Made by a program: the position numbers and the translations under genes. Below the pieces are notes generated by a model that saw only the letters and a program-made list of their open reading frames with translations, made no database searches and was not told the DNA's origin. Positions 23,737 to 36,660 of a stretch of 64,000 bases of DNA are shown in pieces. The stretch lies in contig JBHGNT010000007.1 in the NCBI GenBank assembly GCA_043228905.1, positions 11,284,001 through 11,348,000 of the forward strand, in the 5' to 3' direction. The stretch comes from Azolla caroliniana (lineage: Eukaryota; Plantae; Polypodiophyta). How positions within the stretch are numbered: position 1 is the first letter of the stretch; every line of letters begins with the position of its first letter.

Positions 23737-24782
23737 TTTATTGTTGTCCTCATACTATTGGTGTCTCCAAAGTTGGCTTGGAATTCTTTTATAAATCCTT
23801 CAAAATCTTCTAACAATGGCGAGTGCTTCTCCAGGAGTGGTGCAAACCATGCTAATGCATTATCAATTAACAAGGTACCAACTAGTCCCACGCGAGCAAC
23901 ATCAATTGAGTAACGACTAGGATGTAATTTAATCACAAGCCATACCTAATTTAAAAATCCACGAAATTGAGACCTTGTACCATCAAACTTGGCTGGCCGG
24001 CTAATGTTTGGTTCTTTTAGTGAGGTTTGAACTTCCGCCGCTTAACGTTCCAATAGAATAGTCTCCAATTGATGCACCCGTTGAGATAACTCTTCATATT
24101 GTTGTACTTTCTCAACACTTACTTGTTGTGGATCTCCAAGTAGTCTTTGATATTCTTGCTCCAATGGCATAAATTTGGTTGTTAGCATGTCGAGCTCGGA
24201 GAGAACGCGCATATAGTCATGCTTGTTCACGGACCCCATAGTTACGACTCATGAGAGAAAACAGCTAGATTACTTGAATAAGTAAGAGAAGAAAAAGAAG
24301 AAGTTGGAGAAGAAGAAAAGAGGATTTCGTTCAAATTGTCGTGACTTGAGAGTAAGAGAGAGAGAGAAATATGAAAAAATATGATGATAAAAGGTAGAGA
24401 GAGAGAGAGAGCGAGAGAACACTAGAAATGCAAAGGAGTTTATATTATAAGAAAACAAGGGTAACAAAGAGTAGGCTATGGGGCTGAAGACTGGTGTTGA
24501 ACCAAATGACTTCGTATGAATTAGTAGACACCTATTTATAGGTCCTTATGGAGTATTCTAGAATGTTCTAGAGTATTTTAGATATTTAGGCTAATCATGG
24601 AATATTCTAGAATGTTCTAGAATACTCTAAATATCTTACAATAATTAAAAATAATATAATTATTTTGACTATACATATTATATATCATTGTATATGTTAC
24701 CATAATGGTTCAAGGTTTGACATATATATCAAGAGCTTGTGGGTTTGAATCTTTGTAAGCCAACATGTATATAATCATGACA
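23737..24782 (-). mobile_element. Ty3/gypsy chromovirus-like (Tcn1/Tf1-type) 5' remnant: LTR 24337-24782, gag from ATG at 24239
   Basis: LTR bounded by TGTCGTGA...TCATGACA; TATA at 24533-24540; gag motifs P.KFDG.RSQFRGFLN and ALAWFAPLLE..SPLL.DF..F..EF..NFGD typical of the RTL1/PEG10-like Gag group. Confidence 0.8.
24551..24628. promoter_or_regulatory. Heat-shock-element array in gypsy LTR U3
   Basis: GAAtaTTCtaGAAtgTTCtaGAA (five alternating nGAAn units, 24600-24622) and TTCtaGAAtgTTC (24556-24568) just upstream of the TATA box. Confidence 0.75.
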
Positions 24783-24799
24783 CATATAATGCAATATTA

Positions 24800-24937
24800 A
24801 AATTAAAAAACCCAAGCCAAACCAAACCAAATAGTAACATTTAAAAACAAACCAAACTGCTTATTTATCGTCGAACCAATAAACCGTTAAGCCACGGTTT
24901 AACGGTTCGGTTCAAGCCGAAACTAGGCCCATTGCTA
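24800..24937. mobile_element. Possible end fragment of a hAT-type MITE
   Basis: AAACC/GGTT subterminal repeats; terminus GCCCATTGCTA resembles the 30468 terminus; no second end found. Confidence 0.4.
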
Positions 24938-26353
24938 GTAATATGAATACAGCCATTATATGTCTATATTCAACACCGGCTCTGTCGTAGTGTTTCATTT
25001 CGGTGTCGATTTGTACTTTTAAGCTCTCTTCTGTTGCGGAGAAGAAAACCAAACCTCTGAAGTAGGTAAATAGTTTGGGAGTCGAAGAAGCTGCCGAAAA
25101 AGAATACCAATAAGAAACCCAAAAGGGAGAAGAACTAAGTAAGATATAGACGTAAGTAGGTAAATAGTTCGGAAGTTGAAGAAGGCGCTGAAGAAGAATA
25201 CTAATAAGAAACCCTAAAGGGAGAAGAACTACGAAGACTAGTCACAAAGAAGATGGAAAATAAACCCTAAAATCTCAAGCAGGTTGAGGAGAAGAAGAAG
25301 AAGAAGAAAGTAAACCATAATGGTGCACTCTCGAAACACAAAATGAGCGACCACAAAGAAGAGGGAAAACATAATGCTATGCTCCAAAACTCCAAGTGAG
25401 TGACCTCTTTTATTGTATGCCTCAAACCCAAATTTGGGCGACCCGAATTAAGCTGTCTTCTCCTCTTTTTAATGAGAAAAGAGGCGATTAATTTCGGCCG
25501 ATATTTTTAAATATATATACATATAATGGTTGGTGTGGAGGTGAGTGGACCTTCCCTTCTCCTTTTTCTTTTTTATCTTTGCCTACACCAAAATCACAAC
25601 AACCGTTGTTCCAAGATAAGGTAGAGTTATGTCATCTAGTATTATACTTGAGAGGGTCGTTGACCTTGCCATATCACAACATACATACTAATGAAGTAGT
25701 GGAGATAACAAGGTTTGTATAATCTATCTAGTGTCTTGTTTTAATGAAGACACATTTATTAGCGTTGCCTATATGATTAGTTTTCCCGATTTGAGAGAGA
25801 GAGAGATGTACATAGTCAATGTTGGGCAAAGTCTCTAGCCTCTACCGGAAATTTTCCCGCTTCTTATGAACCTAACCAGAATTTTAAAATTTCAGCCGGC
25901 CACATTCCTACTACTGACAATGTCAACCGGAACATGTTGAATTATTATTTTTAGCTGTATACATAATGCAATATACATGCGTCCTTGTGATTTATTCTTG
26001 TCTATTCTCATCATCTTTTTTGTGCTAGGACAGTTTGTTGTACATAATTCCCTCCCATTTTTCAACCTATTATGTTTATCACGATAGCCCCTTGATGATG
26101 ATGAAGAAGAGCAAGTCTCTTTACACACCTAGTTCGTTTACATCTTCACAACTTCATCATGTTCACCCACTAAAAGAGAAGCACAAAGATTCAAGCCCTC
26201 TTCTCCAATGCATATACATAATATACTTTCCATTGGCCAAGCCCAATAATGTCTCATCAAGAGGAATCAAGAGGAAGGAGGAAGAAGCGGGAGGAAGGAA
26301 GGAAGGAAAGTGTTTAGCTAGCGGGCGGGAGTGGAAGGAAAGGAAGGAGAGCG

Positions 26354-26357
<4 letters not shown>

Positions 26358-26392
<35 letters not shown>
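26358..26392 (+). repeat. (GA)n microsatellite abutting the LSM3 start codon
   Basis: Directly visible; an (AAT)n tract follows at ~26556-26592 in intron 1. Confidence 0.95.
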
Positions 26393-26394
<2 letters not shown>

Positions 26395-26553
26395 TCTTCT
26401 GCGGCGGCGCCCACACAAGAAGAAGACAGTGCTGTGAAGGAGCCCCTCGATCTCATCAGGCTCAGCCTTGACGAAAGGATCTATGTCAAACTTCGTTCAG
26501 ACAGAGAGCTCAGAGGAAAACTCCACGTAACTGTTTCTAAAACCCTTTAAACT

Positions 26554-26592
<39 letters not shown>

Positions 26593-29448
26593 TAAAGAAA
26601 AACTCTAAACTTTTAAGTCCCCCAGACCTAAAATCCTCGGAAACCTAAAATCCAAGTCGCTATAATTACTTCAACCCCTTACAACAGGAAATCCCTGCCT
26701 CAAACTTCAATCTCAAACTTGAATATTTCTTTCTTTTTCGCCTGGCAAACTTATATCGTTTCGTGTTTCCATGATGAATCTAGGCTTATGATCAGCACCT
26801 CAATATGATTCTCGGAGATGCTGAGGAAATAATCACCTCTGTCGAAATCGATGATGAAACTTATGAGGAGATTGTTAGGGTAACGATTTGCTTTGCTTGT
26901 TCTGCTTTTACTCTATTTTTACTTGGTAAACTCGAACCTAGAAGACAATTAGGTGCTGTAATTGTAGTGGATTTGCAAACAAAAATGAGGACACAAAAGC
27001 ATTGTCTGTGTTTTTCATATTGCATTGTTAGGGAGGTCTTAAATAACAAGAAATTTCTGCGTCATAGCTAGTAAAGAGTTAAAACGTTCAGGTGGCATTG
27101 ATAGGAAGGTCATATCATAAACAATAACAACAAGTTTTAGCCTCATAACTAAAGAATCACATGGTTTAATTTCAGTGTGTTTGCATAAAAAAGTGTAGGT
27201 GGGGTTACCATGGCAATGAAGAAGTGTTATCTAGAACTTCATATCTAGGGAAAAAACAGATGGTGTTATTTCAGAAAGTGATGATAAAAACCCTGCCAGG
27301 GTTGGGTTCATATGATATTGCTAGGCAGTTCATCAACGAATTTGTATATAGAAATGAATTAGAGCGTGTAGTTTAAGTGTATGGTTATACAAAGTGGGCG
27401 TAAGAACCCTAGATTGGATTCATATGACATTTCTAGGAAGTTCATCAGACCTTCATATCAGATGGTATAATTTAAGTGCGTACTCCTATAAAGTGGTGAT
27501 AAAACTCGAGGTTGGGTTTCTATGTCATTGCTAGAAATGCTCATCATCAACTTTATGTCTAGAAATGAATTGGATTGTGCAATTTAAGTGTGTATATATA
27601 TTTATACAGTGTGGCGATAGAAAACCTAAGATGAAAATTTTAAGCATTCTATCAACAATAGCATCTTTCAAACATTTTAATGGTTTTATGCATTTTGGAA
27701 TTACCGAGTATGGGTACATTTTGGGTTGAGACCTAATATTATGATTTTCTTTTGGTGAGATGAAGCGTATCTGGCACAAGATTCACCTCTCAGTAATACA
27801 CTTCTATAGAATGCCCTGACAGAAGCAGAGTGTGTTGTCACTTTTCTAGTCTTAATGTATTAGCTTTAGCACCGTTAACACCAAAAAAGTCAACATTTAA
27901 ACTGCAGGCTGATAATCCCACCTGGTTGCATTTCATAATGTTTTAGGGAAGCTGGAAGGAAAGTGGACTTTTTCTTTCGTACTTGTGTATATTTCTAAAA
28001 CTGCCTGTTGTGCTAAATGAGCTCATGCACTAATATGTGAACCCATAATTATATCCGGAACTTGATGGACACTACTACTTGTTTCTGATGTTTAATATTC
28101 TTTTCTTACTTTCTAGGCAAAACACCACAATGCCCATATTAATTAGCTGTGTACTTACTGGAATACGCCTAAGTTTTCAAAAACTAGCATAATTCCTCTG
28201 CATTGTACAAATACTACTTTGGAAGGTTTTTGAGAATATAAGGGCATCGTGTGTTTTCCCTTTATTTTTGTTTCTGCCACATTTCTCCCTTTGAAGATAG
28301 GTACTTGTGTTGCTATTTTCTATTTTAGGGGCTCCAAGAAATTGCCACACCTCCCCTAAATCCCAGGTTAGTAACAGTTTGAAGGGGCAAAGCGTATAAT
28401 GTGATGTTTTTTTTCACTCTTTTGACACAGGCAGAGACTTGGATCACGATAATTATAATTATTAATGTTCTATTTGCGCTCTTATTAATATTTATGAGTG
28501 CCGTCTAGGGATTGATGTCATTTCTATCTGCTGAGCCAGTTGTATCCATCTATCTTGTATTCGAACTATCTCGAAGCTTTTAAAATAGGTGCTATTCTTT
28601 TCACTTAACAGGGTATAAGATTGATTTAGAAATCCAAGCATAGAGCTTTTACGTCATGTTAAATCCAAAAGCTTGAGGCTGTTCACAAATTTACAATATT
28701 TACGGCTACTCAAGTTAAGCTATGACTGACTTGTCCTTAATTCGTCTGTATACGTCATATCTCAGATTCCTTTAGGACGCAGGAAGTGAAAACTTCATGA
28801 TGTGTTTTTAGGATATATGTCATTCCAAACGTTAATGGGAAGTGCTATGCCTTTAATCGTTACAACCTATTTTTATGGTGCAGTAATGAAGCATCTAATT
28901 GTGATTTTAAAAAACTCATAAGTCATTGCCTTATATGTCATGCCAAACATCAGTGGGAAGTGCTACATCATTAATATTTAGAAACAATTCTTACTGGTGT
29001 TGGGATAAATCATTTAATTGAGATTTTAATAAGTTCATATGTCAACGACCATTTCCACAAGAGCGAACTTATACGTTGTATGTGTAGCTTAGCTTCAGTT
29101 AAATTATATGCAATTTGGCTCATGTTCTTTAATGCTGATAAATGTATAAATTACATCTCTCCAAAAGAATACATTCTATGGTGTCCATCCATGTGTTATT
29201 CAATGTTTTTGGTTGTATTGCACGTTCTTGCTGTATGGAGACATACTTGTTTAGATTTGTTTATGTTAATGTGAAAGACAGTAAAATATCTTCTCAGACT
29301 TGTATATGGAACAAATATATGGTTAAAAAAATCTCTTTTTATTTGTTTTTGTTTCTTTCTTTTCCAGACTAGCAAAAGACAAATACCTTTCCTGTTTGTT
29401 CGTGGAGATGGCGTGATTTTGGTGTCTCCTCCTCTTCGAACATCTTAA
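26392..29448 (+). CDS. LSM3: Sm-like protein LSM3, 103 aa; exons 26392-26526, 26784-26879, 29368-29448
   Basis: [31 protein letters not shown] / [32 protein letters not shown] / [26 protein letters not shown]; GT-AG introns, all phase 0. Confidence 0.97.
27278..27635. repeat. Degenerate tandem repeat, units of roughly 100-115 bp, about 3 copies, in LSM3 intron 2
   Basis: Recurring GTGG.GATAAAAACCC...GGGTTCATATGA.ATT.CTAG...TCATCA...TTTAAGTG. Confidence 0.7.
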
Positions 29449-30179
29449 TAGAATGCTAAATATCTTATGTTAAGGTCATTGGATATTCTAAGAAGAAATC
29501 ATACACCAAAAGAACAAACATAATGATATTACCTGCACAAATTTCTGTCTTATTCAATTAAACCCTGTTTTTTAGCAAGGGTTTAGTTTGATCTTATTGC
29601 TATCATTTTGGTATAGCATTTGGTTTTTTATCTACTAATCAATACCATGCTTGTAGCGTGAATCTTTCCTTTGTCATTGGTAATTGTGTTCATTGTCTTT
29701 AGTACACAAAATTCAATTATTGGTTTTGAAATTGTTTTTTGCCTTCGTTTCATTAGTTGGTTCAACAATATTTAATTCTAAGCATGTTTCAATTTTGATG
29801 TTTTCATTGTGTTGCTCACTCAAACTGCATAATGTTCTGACCAAGCATAAGTTTGAATGTGCTGTAGTGTATTTTAGGATAGGAGTAGATGTTAAGGATT
29901 ATGCTAATATGCACGTATGTATGTTACTCTTCTTTGCTTCTCTCTCACACACACTCAGTTTTCTTTAGCCATAACTTGTTCATATGAGATTTATTTTTCA
30001 ACAAGCTTGAATTGAAGCCCAAAATAACATCTATAATATGATCTAGGAGAGTTCTATAGTCAAATAAATGTGTACAGATTTCGGAACTCTATTTCTTGAA
30101 GGGTTTGATTGTACAAGTCTTGGACTGTGATTGATAATGAGCCAATAGTGGGAAAGATTTTTGACATTAATGCAACGAA

Positions 30180-31060
30180 TTTAGTCACAATGGAGACAAT
30201 GCTTTTGAACAATTTGATTTCCCCATAACTAGCCATAAACAAACAAGGTGAAGAGGTTAGGGCCCTTACAAGGGAGGATACAAACTACAAATGATTGTTG
30301 TTGAAAATAAGAGTTGGCAATTGCTAAGCACATGCATGAACTAGGCCGTTATTGTTTGGTGGTTTGGCGGCTCAATCAGGCTTGAGCCTCGTGAACCAGT
30401 TTGAGCCTAGTTTAGTTTGGGTTGAGTCGAAATTGGTTATGTCGAAACCAAATTGCTGCCCATTCCTAGTTGAAAATGAGTCTTAAGAAAACAGTTGCAA
30501 AACTTGAAGATAAGGTTAGAGATTCTATGTAAATCTTCAAGAAAAAATGAACACAATAAGATGGCATATGATTGAAACGAGAAATGTATGCACAACAAAG
30601 TTGTGGGCCAATGTATGGGTTGGTGATGTTATCTCTCTTATTAATTATGCCTTTGATGAATTAAGGAACAAACATAGGAAGGATCAATGTCTAAGAATTG
30701 GAAGAATGTGAACAAAGATTAAAGAACATTGTCATTTATGGGGTGTTAAAGAGGAGAATATGGAAACATCCATATACCTTGAAAAGGTCATTGGATAACT
30801 CTTTAGTATGCATCATTACTTGTTCTGAAGTGAATGTGTATGGGGCACTTAGAGTTGGAAAACATTGTGTTACTCATTCAAAAGAATGCCCTATTATATA
30901 TACAATGGTCAACAATATAAAATGAATGACCATACTCGAACATTGTTGAGTGTACCTCAAGTAAATAATGCTTTATGAAGGAAGATCATACTTTCTCTCA
31001 ACAAAATCCCTAAGTTGTGGCGTGATGAGCATAGTGGGAGAAAAGTGTTTGAATGGAAGT
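30180..31060 (+). pseudogene. Highly degenerate LINE ORF1-like remnant
   Basis: Coiled-coil-like region followed by EECEQRLKNIVIYGV...RVGK...PII, recalling the EQ..R..N..I.G...R.G...RPII pattern of LINE ORF1 proteins. Confidence 0.4.
30308..30468. mobile_element. hAT-type MITE
   Basis: 8-bp TSD GTTGAAAA at 30300-30307 and 30469-30476; imperfect TIR TAAGAGTTGGCA / TGCCCATTCCTA. Confidence 0.75.
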
Positions 31061-31911
31061 TTGTGGAAGGTTAATGGTTTGGTTGAAGAATAAGACGTGT
31101 GATGAGATGAAAATCAAAATAGCAATTGAAGGTAGCTAGAGTGACAGACAATAAGATTAAGGGTTTGACACTTGGTAGGACCTTTGAAGGTTAGTATGTG
31201 AGTTGAGAAAGTGATGAACATGGAATGGATATGTTCATATTCGTACACAGATTGCTAGCACTAGGACATGCAAAAAACCGACGTAGTGATACATGTTAAA
31301 GGAGGCACTACTATTTTTTTGTTTGGTAAAGGAGCTCCACAATGCTATAAAATAGGCGAGAGAGCTTATTTGAAGGAGCGGGAGTTGGATTTGAGATGAA
31401 AGATTTAATGGAATTTGGATCGACATTTTGAAAGAGATCCCAAGCTTTGTCAATGAAAGGATTGTTGTGATGTAGTGAATGAAGAGGGTTAGTCAACCTA
31501 AGGCGACAAAAGGTGATATGGTTGTCGATTGTAGGTTTCTTGTTATGAATATGTAATAAAACTTCAAACTCATGATAGAAAATGTGCAACAAAAAAAGGA
31601 ATTACAAGTGAATACTAAGAGAAATCTTTACAACATAAGGAATTAAATCAAAGGGTTCACCCACTTGAAGTGGCATTAGTAACTTTGCAACAAAAAGATT
31701 TGCGAGCACCAAGTTCGCCAAAAGAACCTAAGATAAGTCTCCGAACCAAGTTTAAGGTAGTCAATCACCATTTCGAGGATTTCTGAACCAAGTGCATTTA
31801 GTATTACAACTCCATCCCACTTGATATCCAACTTATTCCGAATGAATAGAGTTGGTTGGGACTCTATTAACTGGTACAATTCTAGCTTGGTTTGCATCTT
31901 ACACGAGACAA

Positions 31912-32230
31912 GGTCCTCTGTTTTGGATAATTTGAATGAGTTTATTAAAGATTCTTAAGCTTGTTTTGGAGCTACACATAGTGTGAGACCTGCTATAAAT
32001 AAGATTCGAAGGTTGCATGTGACATCCTTTATGAGGAAGAGGCATTGATGGATCAATTTCGATAAGGACTTTGTAATGATATGAAAGACCTACTTCTCCT
32101 CACATTTCATGAAGATCCTAAATCTTTTACTAAGGCGATTAATCAAGCTGTAGGATGTGACAACCATTTATTTGAGCAACGTTTCAAGCATCAACAATGG
32201 TCTCAACCTAGATCAGAACAACATATGCAT
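31912..32230 (+). pseudogene. Degenerate gypsy gag fragment related to 23737-24239
   Basis: LDNLNEFIK...FG.THSVRPAINKIRRL and DLLL...EDPKS...AINQAV.CDN.LFE remnants. Confidence 0.6.
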
Positions 32231-32458
32231 CAATGATTGTGTTGTCACAAAATTACAATGTGCATGTGAACTTGAGTGGGGACAAGTGGGGTTTTGAACT
32301 AGAGTGGATGGGATTTACCGAGTTGTTGATGTCAAAATGCTCGAAAGATATCCTTTTCACACATGTTTTCTTTATGGAATCTAAGTTTATTTATTTGGTA
32401 TTCTCGGATGAGTGTTTTGCATGACTATATGTATGTGGTTGTGCACATATATTTATAT

Positions 32459-32801
32459 GGGAAAAGTACCAGGGTACCCCTGGAAGTTTGTCTATTTACC
32501 AGAATGCCCCTGGAAGTTCCAAATTTACCAAACTACCCCTATGTCCAAACAATTACACTTTATAAAGTAATTATACACTCAAATCTTTGGTAAATAGGGC
32601 TAGTTTGGGTCTATTTCTTCCTTCTTTGGTAAATAGGGCTTGTAGATTTGAGTGTATAATTAGTTTATAAAGTGTAATTTTTTGGACATAGGGGTAGTTT
32701 GGTAAACTTGGAACTTCCAGGGGCATTATGGTAAATAGACAAACTTCCAGGGGCATTATGGTAAATAGACAAACTTCCAGGGGTATCCTGGTACTTTTCC
32801 C
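32459..32801. mobile_element. Mutator-type MITE
   Basis: Long TIRs starting GGGAAAAGTACCAGG; perfect 9-bp TSD TATTTATAT at 32450-32458 and 32802-32810; one arm has a ~30-bp duplication. Confidence 0.93.
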
Positions 32802-33575
32802 TATTTATATTATGTGACTATATATGAGTAAGAGCATTCTATGTAGGTATGTTACAAGTATGCATATGGGTGTGTGTAAATAGATATGTAAGGAATATAT
32901 AAATCAAGGGAACGTAAATTCATGCTTGTAAGAGAATACGTGCCGAAGCGTTATGTGTGAACACAACCCGCTCGGCCGGACAACAAAAGACAGTCAACAG
33001 TTAGGAATACACGGTAGGAGAGAGAGACTGAGACTGAGTGAGTAGACACAATATTTCTATTATAAAAAAGATTCAGTTCCTTACATAGTGCTTATGTGCA
33101 CTTTATATATACAGTCAACAGTTAGGAATACACAGAGTAGGAGAGAGAGACAGAAACTGAGTGAGTAGACACAATATTTCTATTATAAAAAAGATTCAGT
33201 TCCTTACATAGTGCTTATGTGCACTTTATATATACAAACCCATTTGTAAATGTTGTTAAGAAGTACTGACATGTACTTCGATGCTCTTAAAAGAGCATCT
33301 AACACTATTTGCCAACGTTGGAACTATTTAATAAAATAGGTCTACTCGACACGTGTGACATTTCGGACGGCTTCCACAGCCGTTCTGTCAGCTTAAGTGG
33401 GCCTACCCAACCGGATCGATTCCGGTTTGGCCCACTTGCTTGTCCAACCGGTTCTGCCGATGTTGAGCTCGCTCGCTCAACACTCCCCCTCAAGCTCAAC
33501 TTGAGGTCGGTCCGCCGTGTCAAATGTAGCCGGTCCTTGCAACCACTCCTCCTGGCATCGTCCCGCCTGGCTTGT

Positions 33576-34290
33576 TGTCGAGGAAATCCTCACGTGTTCA
33601 TGAAATGAAGCGGGACCACCGGGGTCCTGGATCAGAAGGATTCGAAGTTTGTACTAGCTTTAGCGAGAAAGTATTTAAGCTAGATTGAGAGAGATTGAGA
33701 GACGGAGATTCCAATTCTGAGACAGATTGAGAGAGAGAGAAATTGAGCCCTTGACTTCAGTTTATAGAGACAAGATACATCACCAATAAGATAGCTTAGA
33801 TCTTTTATTAGAAGTTTCTTCCTTACATTGCTTGCCTCCCTTACACAAGCCCAACTAGAGGCTTTTATAGGTCTCTCCATGCCAAAACCATGGGCTAAAA
33901 CCACGATTTTGTGCACACGGTTTTTATATGTTTGTTTCCTATGGAAAACTGAATATGAAAAAAAAATGTACAAAATTTAAAGCATTTAGTAGTAGCTTTA
34001 GTGGTAAGTCAATTTATCTCTTATCTTGAAGGTGCAAGGTTCAAACCTTGCTTGCATCCCTCTGTATGCACTCAAATGTTATTAGGCTTTAGTCCTATTT
34101 TTATATTTACAAATGTTTGAGTGCACATCACACGTGCACATGTTTAACCTTACATCTAGCCTTTCTTTTCCAAATTACTCTCATTTCGTTCCTATTTACA
34201 ACATGCGAGTGTACGTGTGTGACCAATTTCCCTTCTCGATTTTATATGTTCCTCACGATTTCCACACCGTTGCCGAAAATCTTCACGACA
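33576..34290 (-). mobile_element. Solo LTR, 4-bp-TSD family
   Basis: TGTC...GACA termini, TATA at ~33863, flanks TTGT/TCGT, homologous to 35619-36249. Confidence 0.82.
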
Positions 34291-34939
34291 TCGTGCTCCA
34301 CATGCAGTTCGGTTCGGTGTCGAACGACCCCTCAGGTTCAACACATCTTGACTTGTTTGGTTCCGCGCACCTCGACCCTTACGGTCGGTTTGTCTGCTCG
34401 TCAAACCCCTCTTAGCTACCTCGATCCGTCTACTCCTTCATTTCGGTCTCGGATTCAGCCGCCCTCTCGTCTGTATGGCCTTCATATGATTCGGCTCTCC
34501 CGAATCAAACTCAACTGAATCGGCTGTCTCCGATTCGTCTTTTGTCTTGTCTGAATTGGTTGTCTCCAATTCACCTTCCTTTTGGCCTTTGACCACATCT
34601 ACCCATGTCCTAGTCCTAGCCTTCTTCTTCTAGTCGACTCTATCCTTCTTGACTTTGCCGCTAATCTTGGCTTTCTCAACTCTCTCTCCCCTTGTTCGGG
34701 TGGTTCCGACTCTGGCTTGTTCTTTTGGCCACTCCCCCTGCATCCGTCCTCGGCTTCGTTAGCAGTCCCCAAATCAGATTCCACATTGGATTTGGCTTTT
34801 CGGACTTCATCTCTCTTCCTCTCGCTTTGGATTTCGCTACTTCTCCCCCTCAAGTTCAGCATGTTGGGGTGCTACAAGCCAAGCTCACTTGAAAAATGCT
34901 GCAACTTGTCTAGGCTGAGAGGCTTGGGGAAGATATTGT

Positions 34940-36608
34940 CTAGAAAGCAAAGGCAGAGAAGTTGGATATGTCGAAGATACCATATGCCTCTGCCATCAGA
35001 AGCTTAATGTACGCAATGGTGTGCGCCCAACCAGATATTGCATATGTTGTCGTAGTAGTCAGTCGGTTCATGAGCAATCCCGGAAAAGAGCACTAGAACG
35101 CGGTCAAGTGGATACTCCGGTATCTTAAAGGCACCTCGAGTATGTGCCTACGGTTTGGCTCCGGTAAACCCCAACTTGACGGATTCACGGAGTCGCATAT
35201 GTCGGCTGATGCGGATACCAGCCGGTCTACATCCGGATACGTCATGACTTATGCAGGGGGAGTTGTATCATGGCAGCCGAGGCTACAGAAGTCCGTTGCA
35301 CTGTCCACAATGGAAGTGAAGTACATGGTAGTTGTGGAAGCTGACAAGGAGATTATCTGGATGAAGGACTTCATCGGAGAGCTAGGGATCCGGTAGGAGG
35401 AATTCCGGCTCTACTACGACAGTCAAAGTGCCATCCACCTTGCGAAGAATGCGGCCTACCATTCCCGGACGAAGCACATCCAACGGAGGTATCACTGGAT
35501 CCAGGAGAGAGTAGAAGATCAAGACTTCGTGCTGACGAAGATCCACACGAAGGAGAATGGATTGGATATGTTGACCAAGGTGTTGTCAGCTGACAAACTG
35601 GACACGTGCCAGAAACGGTGTCATGACGATTTTCGGCTATGGTGTGAAACCGAGTAAGACGAATAAACCAAGGATGTGCAACATTGCACATACACTTAGC
35701 AAATAAGCCTAAGGCCAGTGGCCCTTGAGTTCATACAGAGGGGTGCAAGCAAGGTTTGAACCTCACCTCTAAGATACAAGATGTTTGCCTTACCACTAGG
35801 ACAACTATCATATAGTGTGAATTTTATGTATTTCCTTTTCATATACGAATTATAGAAGAAACAACCATAGAAAACCATGTGCACAAAACCATGGTTCTAA
35901 ACCCATGGATTGTGCATGTCATAAGCAAAACCATGTCCCCAAAACAATGGTTCCAAACCCATGGTTTTGTGCATGAAGAGAGCTATAAAAACCCTAGTGG
36001 AGCTTGTGTAAAGGGGGGCTCAATATGTGCTATCACCAACACCACTATCATCAATATAATTATATTCGTCTTTATCTTCTTCATATTTTTCTACTTCTCA
36101 AGTGTACAATCTTTCTTCTTCTCGAGTGAACAAATTTCATCCAATCTTACATTGATCGTCATCTCTCCGATAATTCCGTGAACGTCCTCCCCAGTCCAAG
36201 ACCCCGGTGGTCGCTCGAGTAGCACACGCATGCGCAAATCTTCACGACAACAGATCAGATTAACGAGGAATCCCATGCGGGAGTGAAGGGGGAGTTTGTT
36301 AGGAATTCGGGAATTCGGTCCCTCCGGATGGGATCTTGATGAGAGATGAGAACCGGAGGAGCCGGATTGGACGAGTCAGATGAAGGAACCGGATCCGGAA
36401 GGGTTCCGGATGAGACCCGGAAACCGGATCAAGTCAACCCGGATGGATCTGGTGCAAACCGGATCGAAGGACATATGTGTAAATATGTTTTATGGTTAGC
36501 CTATTGAGGTTATATTTGTAAATAGCCCAAAAGTCATATAAGTATAAATATGACTTAGGGCAATCACTTCATGATGGTTGTTGTGGGATGTTGTTGTATA
36601 TTGTTGTG

Positions 36609-36660
<52 letters not shown>

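Noticed and set aside
24984-25330. TGTCGTAGTGT matching the start of the 55493 LTR, plus a ~94-bp duplication at 25060-25231
   Set aside because: No further homology, no matching GACA end and no TSD found; origin unresolved
26035-26391. Long N-terminal extension of LSM3
   Set aside because: Non-ATG start running through promoter sequence and the GA microsatellite; LSM3 homology begins near 26392
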